NCBI GenBank assembly: GCA_963787125.1
Contig: CAWBBV010000002.1
Coordinates: forward strand, 86,390 to 150,389
Direction: 5' to 3'
Origin: an uncultured delta proteobacterium
GTDB taxonomy: Bacteria; Desulfobacterota; Desulfuromonadia; Geobacterales; DSM-12255
Length of the DNA stretch: 64,000 nucleotides
Shown: positions 1 through 9,260 of the stretch, in pieces
Numbering within the stretch: position 1 is the first letter of the stretch
Layout: every line of letters begins with the position of its first letter
Notes under the pieces: generated by a model
The model's input: the letters and a program-made list of their open reading frames with translations, nothing else
Told to the model about the DNA's origin: nothing
The model's database searches: none
Position numbers and translations under genes: made by a program

Positions 1-308
1 GGGTTTACAGCCTGCTGGGGCGGGCATTCCCCTACGGTACCTTTGTCGTCAACATCATTGGTGCCTATTTCATCGGCCTGATCATGGAGCTCGGCCTGCG
101 CAGCACCGCCATTTCCGACACCCTGCGACTCGGCCTGACAGTCGGCTTCATGGGGGGGTTGACAACTTTTTCCACCTTCAGTTATGAAACGTTCGCGCTT
201 CTGGAGGATGGTCAGTTGCTGCCGGCATTTGTCAACATCCTCGCCAGTGTCCTGGTCTGTCTGATATTCACCTGGCTCGGGATTATCACGATTCGTTCAA
301 TGTCATAG
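1..308 (+). CDS. crcB: Fluoride efflux channel CrcB/Fluc (5' end outside window)
   Basis: FPYGTFVVNIIG upstream of the ORF-track start and GFMGGLTTFSTFSYE signature. Confidence 0.93.
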   Translation, partial: VYSLLGRAFPYGTFVVNIIGAYFIGLIMELGLRSTAISDTLRLGLTVGFMGGLTTFSTFSYETFALLEDGQLLPAFVNILASVLVCLIFTWLGIITIRSMS

Positions 309-319
309 GAGGGAGCTTC

Positions 320-649
320 ATGCCGAAACTTGTTGGCGAAAACCTTTTAATGAGGATCTATCTGGCCGAAAGCGACCGCTACGAACACAGGCCGCTGTAT
401 GAGGCGTTGGTGGAGATGCTGCGCACTGCCGGGTTTGCCGGTGCTACGGTGCTCAGGGGTGTGGGCGGTTTCGGCAGCCACCGGGTCTATCATTCGCAAA
501 AGCTGCTCGATCTTTCCGCCGACCTGCCGCTGATCATTGAGGCGGTGGAAAGCCAGGAGATGATCAATGCTATCATGCCACGCCTGGACGAGATGATGAC
601 CGGTGGCACGGTCACGCTGGAAAAGGTTAGCGTGATCCGCTACAGTTAG
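320..649 (+). CDS. DUF190 (PII-like) protein
   Basis: GFAGATVLRGVGGFG...LSADLP motif; typical crcB neighbour. Confidence 0.85.
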   Translation: MPKLVGENLLMRIYLAESDRYEHRPLYEALVEMLRTAGFAGATVLRGVGGFGSHRVYHSQKLLDLSADLPLIIEAVESQEMINAIMPRLDEMMTGGTVTLEKVSVIRYS

Positions 650-652
650 CCT

Positions 653-776
653 TTCCAATTCCAGATCAAGAGTGATATCTAGGCGGTGAGGATTGAGGCG
701 ACGAAAGCGTACAGACAGTACCTTTTAGGAGCCGAAGACGAGCCAACGAAGATAGCGCCTTGATGTGGAATTGGAA
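653..776. repeat. MITE-like palindromic intergenic element
   Basis: 18-bp terminal inverted repeats TTCCAATTCCAGATCAAG (653-670) / CTTGATGTGGAATTGGAA (759-776), 1 mismatch; non-coding. Confidence 0.7.
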
Positions 777-784
777 TCACCTTC

Positions 785-1078
785 TCACGAACAGCAGTTG
801 CCCCCGGCTATCTTGCCTAGCTTATGTTCCTGCAGCCACTCATTAATCATGCCGCTGGCGCAGCCGACCCCTGAATCAACCTTGATTGCCTTGACCGGAC
901 AGTTGAGCGCACAGGCGCCACACTCCATGCAGGCATCACGATCAAGCAGCCGCGCCCTGTTATCCCGAAGGGCAAAAACCTGGTGAGGACAGACCTCCAG
1001 GCAACGACCGCAGCCGACGCAGGCCGGTTGGTCAAGTTCAAGAGTAGCTACGTTCTGCAGATATCTGAAGCCTTGCAT
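785..1078 (-). CDS. hgcB: Mercury methylation ferredoxin HgcB
   Basis: Two CxxCxxCxxxCP motifs including CMECGAC; C-terminal vicinal Cys (GGNCCS); directly downstream of hgcA. Confidence 0.95.
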   Translation of the reverse strand: MQGFRYLQNVATLELDQPACVGCGRCLEVCPHQVFALRDNRARLLDRDACMECGACALNCPVKAIKVDSGVGCASGMINEWLQEHKLGKIAGGNCCS

Positions 1079-1088
1079 AACTCCCCCT

Positions 1089-2276
1089 TCAAATAAATTT
1101 CCCTGCCAGCAGCAGCATGATTCCCAGAATAATCGCTCCTGCCATAATCGGCAGGCTGAGGCGCATCTCCTTTTTTACCCCGGAACGGGATGTATAGGGG
1201 GTGCAGCCGGTGAAGTTGAGAGTGTAAAAAGCGCTGACCGCAGGTAAGGCAATAAAAGCGGCGACGGTGATAATGCTGCTCCAGTCAATACTGCTGACAA
1301 TAGAACGGCAGGCAGCAACCCAGAGGATGCCAACCAGCCACCCCTTGACAGCAAAACTTGACCCCGGCAGCCATGGCAGAAGCAGCGGCCCGAGGATAAT
1401 TCCGCTCAGCACGGCCCCGGCGTATACCAGCATAGCAACAATTCCGGCATTCATTCCACCGGCCAGAGCAAAGAAGAGCAGGATGATCCCTCCGGCAACA
1501 AGCAGAGATTTCATCGCCAGAACGAGCTCCACCGGCAGAAGAACCAACCGCTCGTAAAAAGTGAAGGTCAGATGCTGCATCTCCGGCGTGCTAACCATGC
1601 CGTTATCGAGATAAGCTGGGATATCAGCCGCCTGCACCGCCCCAAAGCTGACCGTAAAGCCGGAGCGTTTGGCCACCTGGTGCGCCGCTACCCCCGGGGC
1701 ACCGAGAAGCGGCAGAATAAGGCGCCTGTGGGTGACAACCTGAGACAGACCGGTTGCCGCAATGCGGCGGACCAGTTCACCGGTGCCAAAAGTCCCTTTG
1801 CCGGCAGCACACCAGACGTTGATGCCGTAGGTTTCAAGCACCAGCAGCCAGACGTTCCGCCCCGCAAGGGAGCGGCGCACAGCGTCGTAGCTCATCTTGT
1901 AGTTGGCCGTCACCAGCACCGGAGCGTCCGGCATCGGGGTGCCGACCGCATAGAGCCCCGGCGGGACCATGTAGGTCATCCGGCCAAGACCCCAGCGCGC
2001 CTTCCAGGCTCCCAGCCGGTCACTCCAATCATAAGCTGAAGAAATCCTGGCAACACGGCCGGCCGGTGTCTCCAGCCAGCTCATGAAACCCGGTACTTGC
2101 TCGGTTATCTCTCCACCGCCGGCGGAGGTAGGGGGGCCTCAGCAGGGAGGTTTATCACTGCCGTTGCCAGCCTCAATTGAACAGACTGCAGCAGGCAAAA
2201 CGCTCGTGGCCGCTGTGGCTTTTCTACTGTTTTTGATCTTGAAGGCAACGCCGGGCTCTTTATTTACTTGCAACAT
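1089..2276 (-). CDS. hgcA: Mercury methylation corrinoid protein HgcA, probable selenoprotein (UGA at 2139-2141)
   Basis: Cap-helix motif GINVWCAAGKG plus C-terminal TM helices; frame stays open upstream of 2084 except one TGA in PPC*GPP, up to ATG 2276 with a purine-rich RBS. Confidence 0.92.
2111..2138 (-). promoter_or_regulatory. Candidate bacterial SECIS element
   Basis: After the UGA, minus-strand stem CTCCGCC / loop GGC / GGTGGAG; the G-led apical loop starts 18 nt after the UGA. Confidence 0.65.
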
Positions 2277-2734
2277 GCAATCGTTCCCCCCTGAGATATC
2301 GTTTCCTGTCGCTCCTGGATAAGGACGCCATTGAGCAACTCCAGAGACCTGACCACGGTATCGCGCTCAAACGGGCTCAGCTGTCCGAAAATCCTCACAA
2401 GCCGCGCTGACATGTAGGTGTCAATCTTGCCGACGGTTTCCAGACCGGCAGCTGTGAGGCCCAGCAGCGTCACCCGGCGGTCATCCTGTGACACCCGCCT
2501 GGAGACAAGCCCCTTAATCTCCAGCGTTTTGACCTGGCGACTGAAGGTGGTGATATCCATACCCAACTCTTCGGCAACCTGCTGCATTGACGGGCTCCCC
2601 GTCCGGCGGATCTCCATGAGAATATGGCTCTGGACCATGGAAATCTGTTCGCCGCAGCAGTCGTCGCAGCAGGCCGCGTTCAATAATCCGAAGCGGCGGG
2701 TAAAAATCTGCAGCTGTTCCCTGACTGTTTTCAT
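2264..2734 (-). CDS. MarR-family regulator, Cys-rich
   Basis: wHTH (SMQQVAEELGMDITTFSRQVKTLE...DDRR); CCDDCC and C-terminal CCK; GGAG RBS before ATG 2734. Confidence 0.85.
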   Translation of the reverse strand: MKTVREQLQIFTRRFGLLNAACCDDCCGEQISMVQSHILMEIRRTGSPSMQQVAEELGMDITTFSRQVKTLEIKGLVSRRVSQDDRRVTLLGLTAAGLETVGKIDTYMSARLVRIFGQLSPFERDTVVRSLELLNGVLIQERQETISQGGTIACCK

Positions 2735-2766
2735 TGAAGGCACTCCTGCAGATAAAACTAGCTTTA

Positions 2767-2787
2767 TTATTTGCAAAATGCAACTAA
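2767..2787. promoter_or_regulatory. Palindromic candidate MarR operator
   Basis: TTAtTTGCA-AAA-TGCAAcTAA just upstream of marR. Confidence 0.5.
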
Positions 2788-2888
2788 AATTTGTCGGGTT
2801 TATTACAAATCAGTATAGTGGAAATGGTGCGAGAGAGAGAAAATGAGGAATGGTATACTGGCTGAAGCAATAGATCTGATCTGGGCGG

Positions 2889-4145
2889 TCAGCTGCAGAC
2901 CTGATTCCTTCCTTTGCTTTTAGCCCTGTAAAGCGCCTTGTCAGCAGCCTTCATGATTTCAGCGGCCCCGCCCTGGCCTTCCCCTGACTCCGCCACGCCA
3001 ATACTTATGGTCACGGAAACCTCTGTGGAGCTGCTCTTGCTGCCGCGTTTGCCTTCGCCCTGCTTTGGGTCTTTGGGCCGGTCATCACTGCGGATTGAGA
3101 GGCGATATGCTTCGATACTCTTTCTGACCCCTTCCAGATGCGGAATCACCTCAGCAGCCTTTTTACCGGGGAAAAGCACCGTAAACTCTTCACCGCCATA
3201 ACGGTACGCCTTCCCCCCGCCGCTGACTGAGTCGATCCTCTTTGCCACCATCTTCAAAACCTGATCACCCACATCATGACCATAGGTGTCATTGAACCGT
3301 TTGAAATGATCCACATCCAGCATGGCAACCGCGTAGCGCCTGCCAAGACCGTGAAGACTTTCATTCAACGCCCGCCGCGACGGAATGCCGGTCAGATCAT
3401 CCCTGAACGCCATATTATAGGAGTCCTGGAGGATGCTGAGAGTGATGATGATCCCGGCAGCAGTGCAGAAAAGCGCCGGCAGGTCCGGAGAAGTTATCTT
3501 TGCCAGACTGATGACAATTGCCAGGAGCGCCCCGAGCAGGCCGCTTTCAATGGGAGCCTGACGCTTTATTGCCAGAAAAACGATAAATGACATGGAGACC
3601 AGCGCCAGTGCTAGCAGCGGTTGCGGCAGGAGCAGAGTGTCGAAAAGCGGCTGGGAGGAAAATTGGCGGGTCAAGAGCGGCTGGACATCTTCAAAGTGAT
3701 GCCTGAAAAGGAGCCAGACAATCGCCGCCTGCATAACAATAAAACCGAAGCGGAGTCTTCCGGCTATGGAGAAGACCCCCCTCTCACGCATCAGCGCCAG
3801 AAGAGCAAAGTTCAAGGGCAAAAGCAGTGCAAGGCCAAGATACACACCTTGTTGAACATAACCGCTGACGCCTGTTTCCAGGTAAGAACGGTAGAAATAG
3901 TAGAAAATGCTGATCAGGAAAAGTGCTGTGAACGGACGACCACGATGGAAATGAACCGACAGAAACATCCCGGCAACGGCAGCAAGATAAGGTGAGATCA
4001 GGAGCAGCTCTTTGTGGGCCGGAGCGAGAGTCGCAATTTTGGGTAAAAGGAAAACTGCGGCAGCAAGTAGTGCCAATGGTACCAGGAAAATAAGAGTTTT
4101 TTTGGCTGTGGCTGTACTCACTAAGCTTTTGCGCCTCTCAATCAC
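2889..4145 (-). CDS. Membrane diguanylate cyclase (GGDEF)
   Basis: Multiple TM helices; DVDHFKRFNDTYGH and RYGGEEF. Confidence 0.93.
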   Translation of the reverse strand: MIERRKSLVSTATAKKTLIFLVPLALLAAAVFLLPKIATLAPAHKELLLISPYLAAVAGMFLSVHFHRGRPFTALFLISIFYYFYRSYLETGVSGYVQQGVYLGLALLLPLNFALLALMRERGVFSIAGRLRFGFIVMQAAIVWLLFRHHFEDVQPLLTRQFSSQPLFDTLLLPQPLLALALVSMSFIVFLAIKRQAPIESGLLGALLAIVISLAKITSPDLPALFCTAAGIIITLSILQDSYNMAFRDDLTGIPSRRALNESLHGLGRRYAVAMLDVDHFKRFNDTYGHDVGDQVLKMVAKRIDSVSGGGKAYRYGGEEFTVLFPGKKAAEVIPHLEGVRKSIEAYRLSIRSDDRPKDPKQGEGKRGSKSSSTEVSVTISIGVAESGEGQGGAAEIMKAADKALYRAKSKGRNQVCS

Positions 4146-4762
4146 CGCACGGACAGTGCCAGCTTTAGCCCCATTGCTGCAAATACCCCGGCAGTGAGCC
4201 GGTCAAAATATTTCGAAACATGCGGCTTTGCTAACAGCTGCCTGCCGATGCTGCCGGAAAACCAGCCGATCAGCGAAAAGATGACAATCGCCTGAGTCAT
4301 GAAAACCGTGCCGAGCAGAATCATCTGCAGGGGAACATTACCGGCGGCAGGGTATACGAACTGGGGCAAAAACGCCAGAAAGAAGAGCGCCACCTTGGGG
4401 TTGAGGACGTTCATGATAAAGCCGCGCCGAAAGAGTGCTGCCGCCGGGAGGCTCTCATCGGCAGCAAGCTTCAGCACAGCTGAGCTTCGTAGCGTTTTCC
4501 AGGCAAGGTAAAGCAGATAACCGGCGCCGGCGAACTTGACCAGATTGAACGCCAGCGCCGATGAGTAGAAGATGGCGGAGATGCCGAATGCTGCAGCTGT
4601 TGTGTGGATGCTGACGCCGCTGCACATGCCGAGAGCAGTGACAATGGCCGCTTTGCGACCACGGGTGATCCCCTGGGTGATAACGAAAATATTATCAGGT
4701 CCTGGCGAGACGGTAAGCGCCATGGAAGCGCAGAGAAAACCGAAAAAAGTGTATAAGGTCAT
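4142..4762 (-). CDS. LysE/RhtB family exporter
   Basis: SPGPD and NVLNPKVALFFLAFLPQF motifs. Confidence 0.92.
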   Translation of the reverse strand: MTLYTFFGFLCASMALTVSPGPDNIFVITQGITRGRKAAIVTALGMCSGVSIHTTAAAFGISAIFYSSALAFNLVKFAGAGYLLYLAWKTLRSSAVLKLAADESLPAAALFRRGFIMNVLNPKVALFFLAFLPQFVYPAAGNVPLQMILLGTVFMTQAIVIFSLIGWFSGSIGRQLLAKPHVSKYFDRLTAGVFAAMGLKLALSVR

Positions 4763-4832
4763 GATTGCACCCGTATGTTGACATTAGAGACGTAGTCGCT
4801 GCCCGGTTCTAACTTAGTTTTTCAGTAGCAAC

Positions 4833-4859
4833 AAAAAAACCCCGTTTTGGCGGGGTTTT
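4833..4859 (-). terminator. Rho-independent terminator of hup
   Basis: AAAACCCCG/CGGGGTTTT stem with U-tract on the minus strand. Confidence 0.8.
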
Positions 4860-4886
4860 CTTGAATCATGCTGGGTCAGGACAGGG

Positions 4887-5171
4887 TTACTTCTTCTTGG
4901 CAGCGACAGCATCCTTGAGAGCCTTGCCAGGACGGAACTTGGGAACCTTGGCAGCAGCAATCTTGATCTCTTTGCCGGTCTGAGGATTACGACCGGTACG
5001 AGCCTTGCGGGTCGAGACTTCAAAGCTGCCGAAGCCGACCAGAGTTACCCGGTCATCTTTTTTGAGCGCGTCGGTAACTGCTGTAATGAAGCCGCTTACA
5101 GCCTTCTCTGCTGAAGCTTTGGTAAGAGCTGCCGATTTGGCTACTGCATCAATAAGTTCTGCCTTGGTCAT
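4887..5171 (-). CDS. hup: DNA-binding protein HU
   Basis: MTKAELI...GFGSF...RTGRNPQTG...[10 protein letters not shown]. Confidence 0.97.
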   Translation of the reverse strand: MTKAELIDAVAKSAALTKASAEKAVSGFITAVTDALKKDDRVTLVGFGSFEVSTRKARTGRNPQTGKEIKIAAAKVPKFRPGKALKDAVAAKKK

Positions 5172-5288
5172 TTTAGCCCTCCTGCTGAAAAGTTAAATTT
5201 TGGGTAACTATAAACTCATTTTTAGGCTTTGCAAGATAATATTTCACCAATACAGAAAAATTTAGCGCTGTGAACCCGCTCTTTAAGC

Positions 5289-7700
5289 CTATTCGCCATA
5301 ACTCGTCGGCTCAGTGCCGCTAATAAAGCACTCTTGCAGGCTCCCTTCGCTCCCGTCCCGCGCCAGTCGGCCTGTTCTGGGGTTTATAGTGGCAAAAGTC
5401 AGATTGGCCGGCGCTAAGAAATTCTGAGCCGGCAGCCCCGCAACTGCCCGCTGCATAAACTCTACCCAGATGGGCGCCGCTGCCTGTCCACCAGAACCAC
5501 CAGCACCCAGGGAACGCTCCTGATCGAAACCGACCCAGACACCTGCCACAAGCTGCGGAATGAAGCCGACAAACCAGGCATCTTTCATGTCGTTGGTTGT
5601 CCCGGTCTTCCCCGCAACCGGCCTGCCAAGAGCCTTTGCCCGCTGGCCAGTACCGCTGTTGACAACGCTCTGCATTAGATTGGTAATAATGTAGGAAACT
5701 TCCGGTGAAACTACCTGCACCGGTGGCGGGAGCGTTGAGATACTGGCCGGTTTCGTCTCTGGCACTATGACTTGTGGCGCCTGACTGCTACCGGCATCGT
5801 CGCCGCTACCGGCCAGAGTGACTTTGACCGCCGAAGTATTGTTGCTGAAGGTTACCGGCGTCGGCGTGGGGGTCTCTTCCAGCACCTTGCCGTCCCGGTC
5901 GGTAACCTTGGTAATGAAATACGGTGTGACGCGGTAGCCGCCGGCAGCATAGACACCATAGGCAGCGGTCAACTCCTGGGGGGTAACGCTGGAGGCGCCG
6001 AGAGCAAGGGTCAGATTCGGCTCAAGGGTGGAAGTTATCCCCAGCTTCTTGGCAAACTCAATCGCTGTGCCGACGCCGATGGTCTCCAGAATCTTGATGC
6101 TGACGATATTGATGGAGTTGGTCAGTGCGTCGCGCATGGTGACATTGCCGCGGTAGATATTGTCGTAGTTTTTCGGTTTCCAGGCCTTATCGCCGCCGCT
6201 ATTATATTCAACGGGCGAATCGTCGATGATGGAGGCGGCAGTCATCCCTTTCTCCAGGGCAGCGCCGTAGATGATCGGCTTGAAAGCCGAGCCGGGGTTT
6301 CGTTTCGCCTGCGTCGCCCGGTTAAATTGACTTTTCTTGAAATCATAGCCGCCGACCATCGCCTTGACGCCACCGGTGCGGGGATCCATGGCATAGATAG
6401 CCGCCTGAGCTTCCGGGGTCTGATCGAGGGCAAAGACCGCCCCCTTTTTATGCTCGTCGGGAGTGATGACCTGAACTTCGATTACACTGCCGAGAGAGAG
6501 CCCCTTGACCTTTTCCGGCAGCTTGCCGTAACTGTTCTGCAGGGTCAGCTTGCCTGCCCATGCCATCTGCTTCTTCGGCAGGATACCGACTCGCTCACCG
6601 ACACTGACCGTCACCTCCCCCTTGACAGGGTCAACAGCGGTGACGACCCCCTGATGACTGCTCCCCTGCTTCAGAGAGGCAAGGTCGATGCCGTCTTCAA
6701 GTTTTTTACAGAACGCCTCGACTTCCGCCTCTTTGAGGAACTTCAGCGGCCCCCGGAAACCCTGACGCTTGTCAACAGCCTTGAGGCCGTTGACGACCGC
6801 ATCGTAGGCCCCTTTCTGCATCTCGGCATTCATGGTCGTGTAAATATTCAGCCCTTCCTTGTAGAGCCGCTCTTCGCCATACTTCTCTTCCAGCTGCAGG
6901 CGGATCTGCTCGAGGAAATAGGCAGACTGGTCGTTGTTCACTTTTTTCAGCGAACGGATGACGATGGGGGTGGTTTTAGCATGGTCAGCCTCGGCCTGGG
7001 TAATGTAACCGTCCTTGACCATCCGCTCCAGAACATACCCCTGGCGCTCCTTGGCCTTCTCCATGTTTTTTATGGGCGAATAGGTGTTGGGCGCTTTCGG
7101 CAGACCGGCCATCATAGCCATCTCGGCAAGATTCAGCTGTTCGACGTTCTTGGCAAAATAGGTTTCAGCGGCAAGCTGCACTCCGTAGGCACCGGCCCCC
7201 ATGTAGATCTGGTTCAGGTAGATGTAGAGGATTTCATCCTTGGAGAGTTTTTTCTCCATTCGTGTTGCCAGGATCGCCTCTTTAAGTTTGCGGGAAAACT
7301 TCTTCTCAGGGGTCAGGAGCATCGACTTGGCGACCTGCTGGGTGATTGTCGAAGCACCCTCTTTTTTGCGCAGATGGATGACATTTTTGACCATGGCTCT
7401 GGCAATACCGAGATAATCAAGCCCTTTATGCTGGTAAAAATTGGAGTCCTCTGCGGCGACAAAAGCCTGAATAAGCCGACGCGGGATCTTGTTGACTTCA
7501 ATGACCTTCCGTCGCTCAAGGTAGAATTCACCGACGAGACTGCCGTCGTCACCGAAAACCTGGGATACGATCGGCGGCTTGTAGTCTGCCAATCGGTCCA
7601 CCTTTGGCAGTGAAACCATCAGAAAACCGAAGTAAACAGCAAAAGCTACCAGCAGCAGGACTGCCACTCCGGCTAGAACGAAAAGGATCCTGCGGCGCAT
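5289..7700 (-). CDS. mrcA: Penicillin-binding protein 1A
   Basis: Transglycosylase EDSNF/GASTITQQ and transpeptidase SAFK, SIN, KTG motifs; start uncertain (7700 vs 7763). Confidence 0.93.
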   Translation of the reverse strand: MRRRILFVLAGVAVLLLVAFAVYFGFLMVSLPKVDRLADYKPPIVSQVFGDDGSLVGEFYLERRKVIEVNKIPRRLIQAFVAAEDSNFYQHKGLDYLGIARAMVKNVIHLRKKEGASTITQQVAKSMLLTPEKKFSRKLKEAILATRMEKKLSKDEILYIYLNQIYMGAGAYGVQLAAETYFAKNVEQLNLAEMAMMAGLPKAPNTYSPIKNMEKAKERQGYVLERMVKDGYITQAEADHAKTTPIVIRSLKKVNNDQSAYFLEQIRLQLEEKYGEERLYKEGLNIYTTMNAEMQKGAYDAVVNGLKAVDKRQGFRGPLKFLKEAEVEAFCKKLEDGIDLASLKQGSSHQGVVTAVDPVKGEVTVSVGERVGILPKKQMAWAGKLTLQNSYGKLPEKVKGLSLGSVIEVQVITPDEHKKGAVFALDQTPEAQAAIYAMDPRTGGVKAMVGGYDFKKSQFNRATQAKRNPGSAFKPIIYGAALEKGMTAASIIDDSPVEYNSGGDKAWKPKNYDNIYRGNVTMRDALTNSINIVSIKILETIGVGTAIEFAKKLGITSTLEPNLTLALGASSVTPQELTAAYGVYAAGGYRVTPYFITKVTDRDGKVLEETPTPTPVTFSNNTSAVKVTLAGSGDDAGSSQAPQVIVPETKPASISTLPPPVQVVSPEVSYIITNLMQSVVNSGTGQRAKALGRPVAGKTGTTNDMKDAWFVGFIPQLVAGVWVGFDQERSLGAGGSGGQAAAPIWVEFMQRAVAGLPAQNFLAPANLTFATINPRTGRLARDGSEGSLQECFISGTEPTSYGE

Positions 7701-7877
7701 ATTGCCTTCATGACGATCGGGAAGACGCCTGTCCACCGACTCTTTACCTTGATAAAGCTGCATTTGTTAGCCCCTTCGGAAAATGTCGCCTATTATGTCA
7801 GATTGCCGTTTGAATACAAGCGTAAACAGGGCAGGAATTAGTTGTTTGTGCTCCGTTGTAATGGTAGATATAGCTAT

Positions 7878-9260
7878 ATGAAAACCCTCACTTTCCGCGC
7901 TTTTATTGAGCTCCTCCCAGCCTGCGGAGAACTTCACACAGTTACGGCCACGGTAGATCCGCTGTTGGAGATTGCTGCGATCACGACAAAAGCCTGTCAA
8001 ACCCGGCAGAACAAGGCGTTGCTTTTCGAAGCTGTCAAAGGTTGCGATTTCAGGGTTTTGACCAACGGCTTTGGCTCTGAGCGCAGGATCTGCCTGGCGC
8101 TGGGAGTTGCAAGGCTTGCAGAGCTGACCGACTGGTTTGACAGACGCCTTGAAAACCTTGCGGGGACAGACAGCGCCGCAAAGCTGCAGGCATTAACGAC
8201 ATCTCCGGCCTGGCGCGCCGCTGCGCCAGAACTCTGCGAGCCCCCGTCTTATCTGCGTGCAGCGGCGCTTGATCTAGGCTCACTGCCGCTTATCAAGAAT
8301 CAGCCGCTTGATGGTCAGCCGGATCATGACGGCAAATTCATGACTCTGCCGCTGGTTATCACCGCAAATCATGACTTGAAAGAAATAAACTGCGGCATGT
8401 ACCGGGCGGCGCTCATCGCCCCCGACACGCTTGCCATAAAGTGGAGCAGCACCAGCGGCGCCGCTCTGCACGCCGCTTCATGGGCATTGCACAGCAGGCG
8501 GATGCCGATGGTAATCGCCCTTGGCTGCTCGGCAGCAGTTACACTGGCAGCAACGCTGCCCCTCCCGGCCGAAATGGACGAACTCACTTTTGCCGGACTC
8601 CTTCAGGGAGAGCCGCTCAGGACCTTCCGCTGCGCCAACGGACTCAGCGCCCCTTCAGATGCCGAAATCATCATCGAGGGTTATCTGGAGGATGACCCCG
8701 TCCCTTGCGGAGCATTCGCCAATCACACCGGTTTTTATTCCCCGTCCGAACCGGCTGCGGCCATGAAAGTCACCTCATTGAAAATCCGGGAAAAGATGAT
8801 CTTTCCGGCGGCTGTTGTCGGCAAACCGCCGACAGAAAGCTGCTGGCTTGCCCGCGCCGGCGGCTTTCTGCTCCTTTCCCTGTTGAAGCTTGACGTTCCG
8901 CAGGTTACCTCCCTGCATCAGCCTTTTGCCGGAATTTTCCACGGCGCGGTCTTCATCTCCGTAAAAAACAGCGCCGGCAATGGCCTTGAACTCATAACCG
9001 CCATCCGCAGAACCCCCTGGTTTGCCGGCTCCAGACTGCTTGTCATCGTGACAGAAAAGCAGGATCCGGCCGATGAGGCCGGCGTTCTCTGGCGGATCAT
9101 GAACTGTGTCAATTGGGAAGAAGATATGCTAATTACAGATGGCAAACTCTCCATCAACGCCACCGGGAACGCGGCTGAAACCAGAGCTGTCGTCGAACCC
9201 GCTGCTGCTGTCACTGAAATGGTGGAGCGTCGCTGGAAGGAGTACGGTTTTGATGAATGA
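7878..9260 (+). CDS. UbiD-family decarboxylase-like protein (divergent active site)
   Basis: UbiD motifs (NCGMYR, AEIIIEG, HTGFY, GKPP); upstream of ubiA-like gene. Confidence 0.85.
   Translation: MKTLTFRAFIELLPACGELHTVTATVDPLLEIAAITTKACQTRQNKALLFEAVKGCDFRVLTNGFGSERRICLALGVARLAELTDWFDRRLENLAGTDSAAKLQALTTSPAWRAAAPELCEPPSYLRAAALDLGSLPLIKNQPLDGQPDHDGKFMTLPLVITANHDLKEINCGMYRAALIAPDTLAIKWSSTSGAALHAASWALHSRRMPMVIALGCSAAVTLAATLPLPAEMDELTFAGLLQGEPLRTFRCANGLSAPSDAEIIIEGYLEDDPVPCGAFANHTGFYSPSEPAAAMKVTSLKIREKMIFPAAVVGKPPTESCWLARAGGFLLLSLLKLDVPQVTSLHQPFAGIFHGAVFISVKNSAGNGLELITAIRRTPWFAGSRLLVIVTEKQDPADEAGVLWRIMNCVNWEEDMLITDGKLSINATGNAAETRAVVEPAAAVTEMVERRWKEYGFDE

Noticed and set aside
5772..7613. 613-aa ORF on the + strand
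   Set aside because: Antisense shadow of PBP1A with no recognisable motifs
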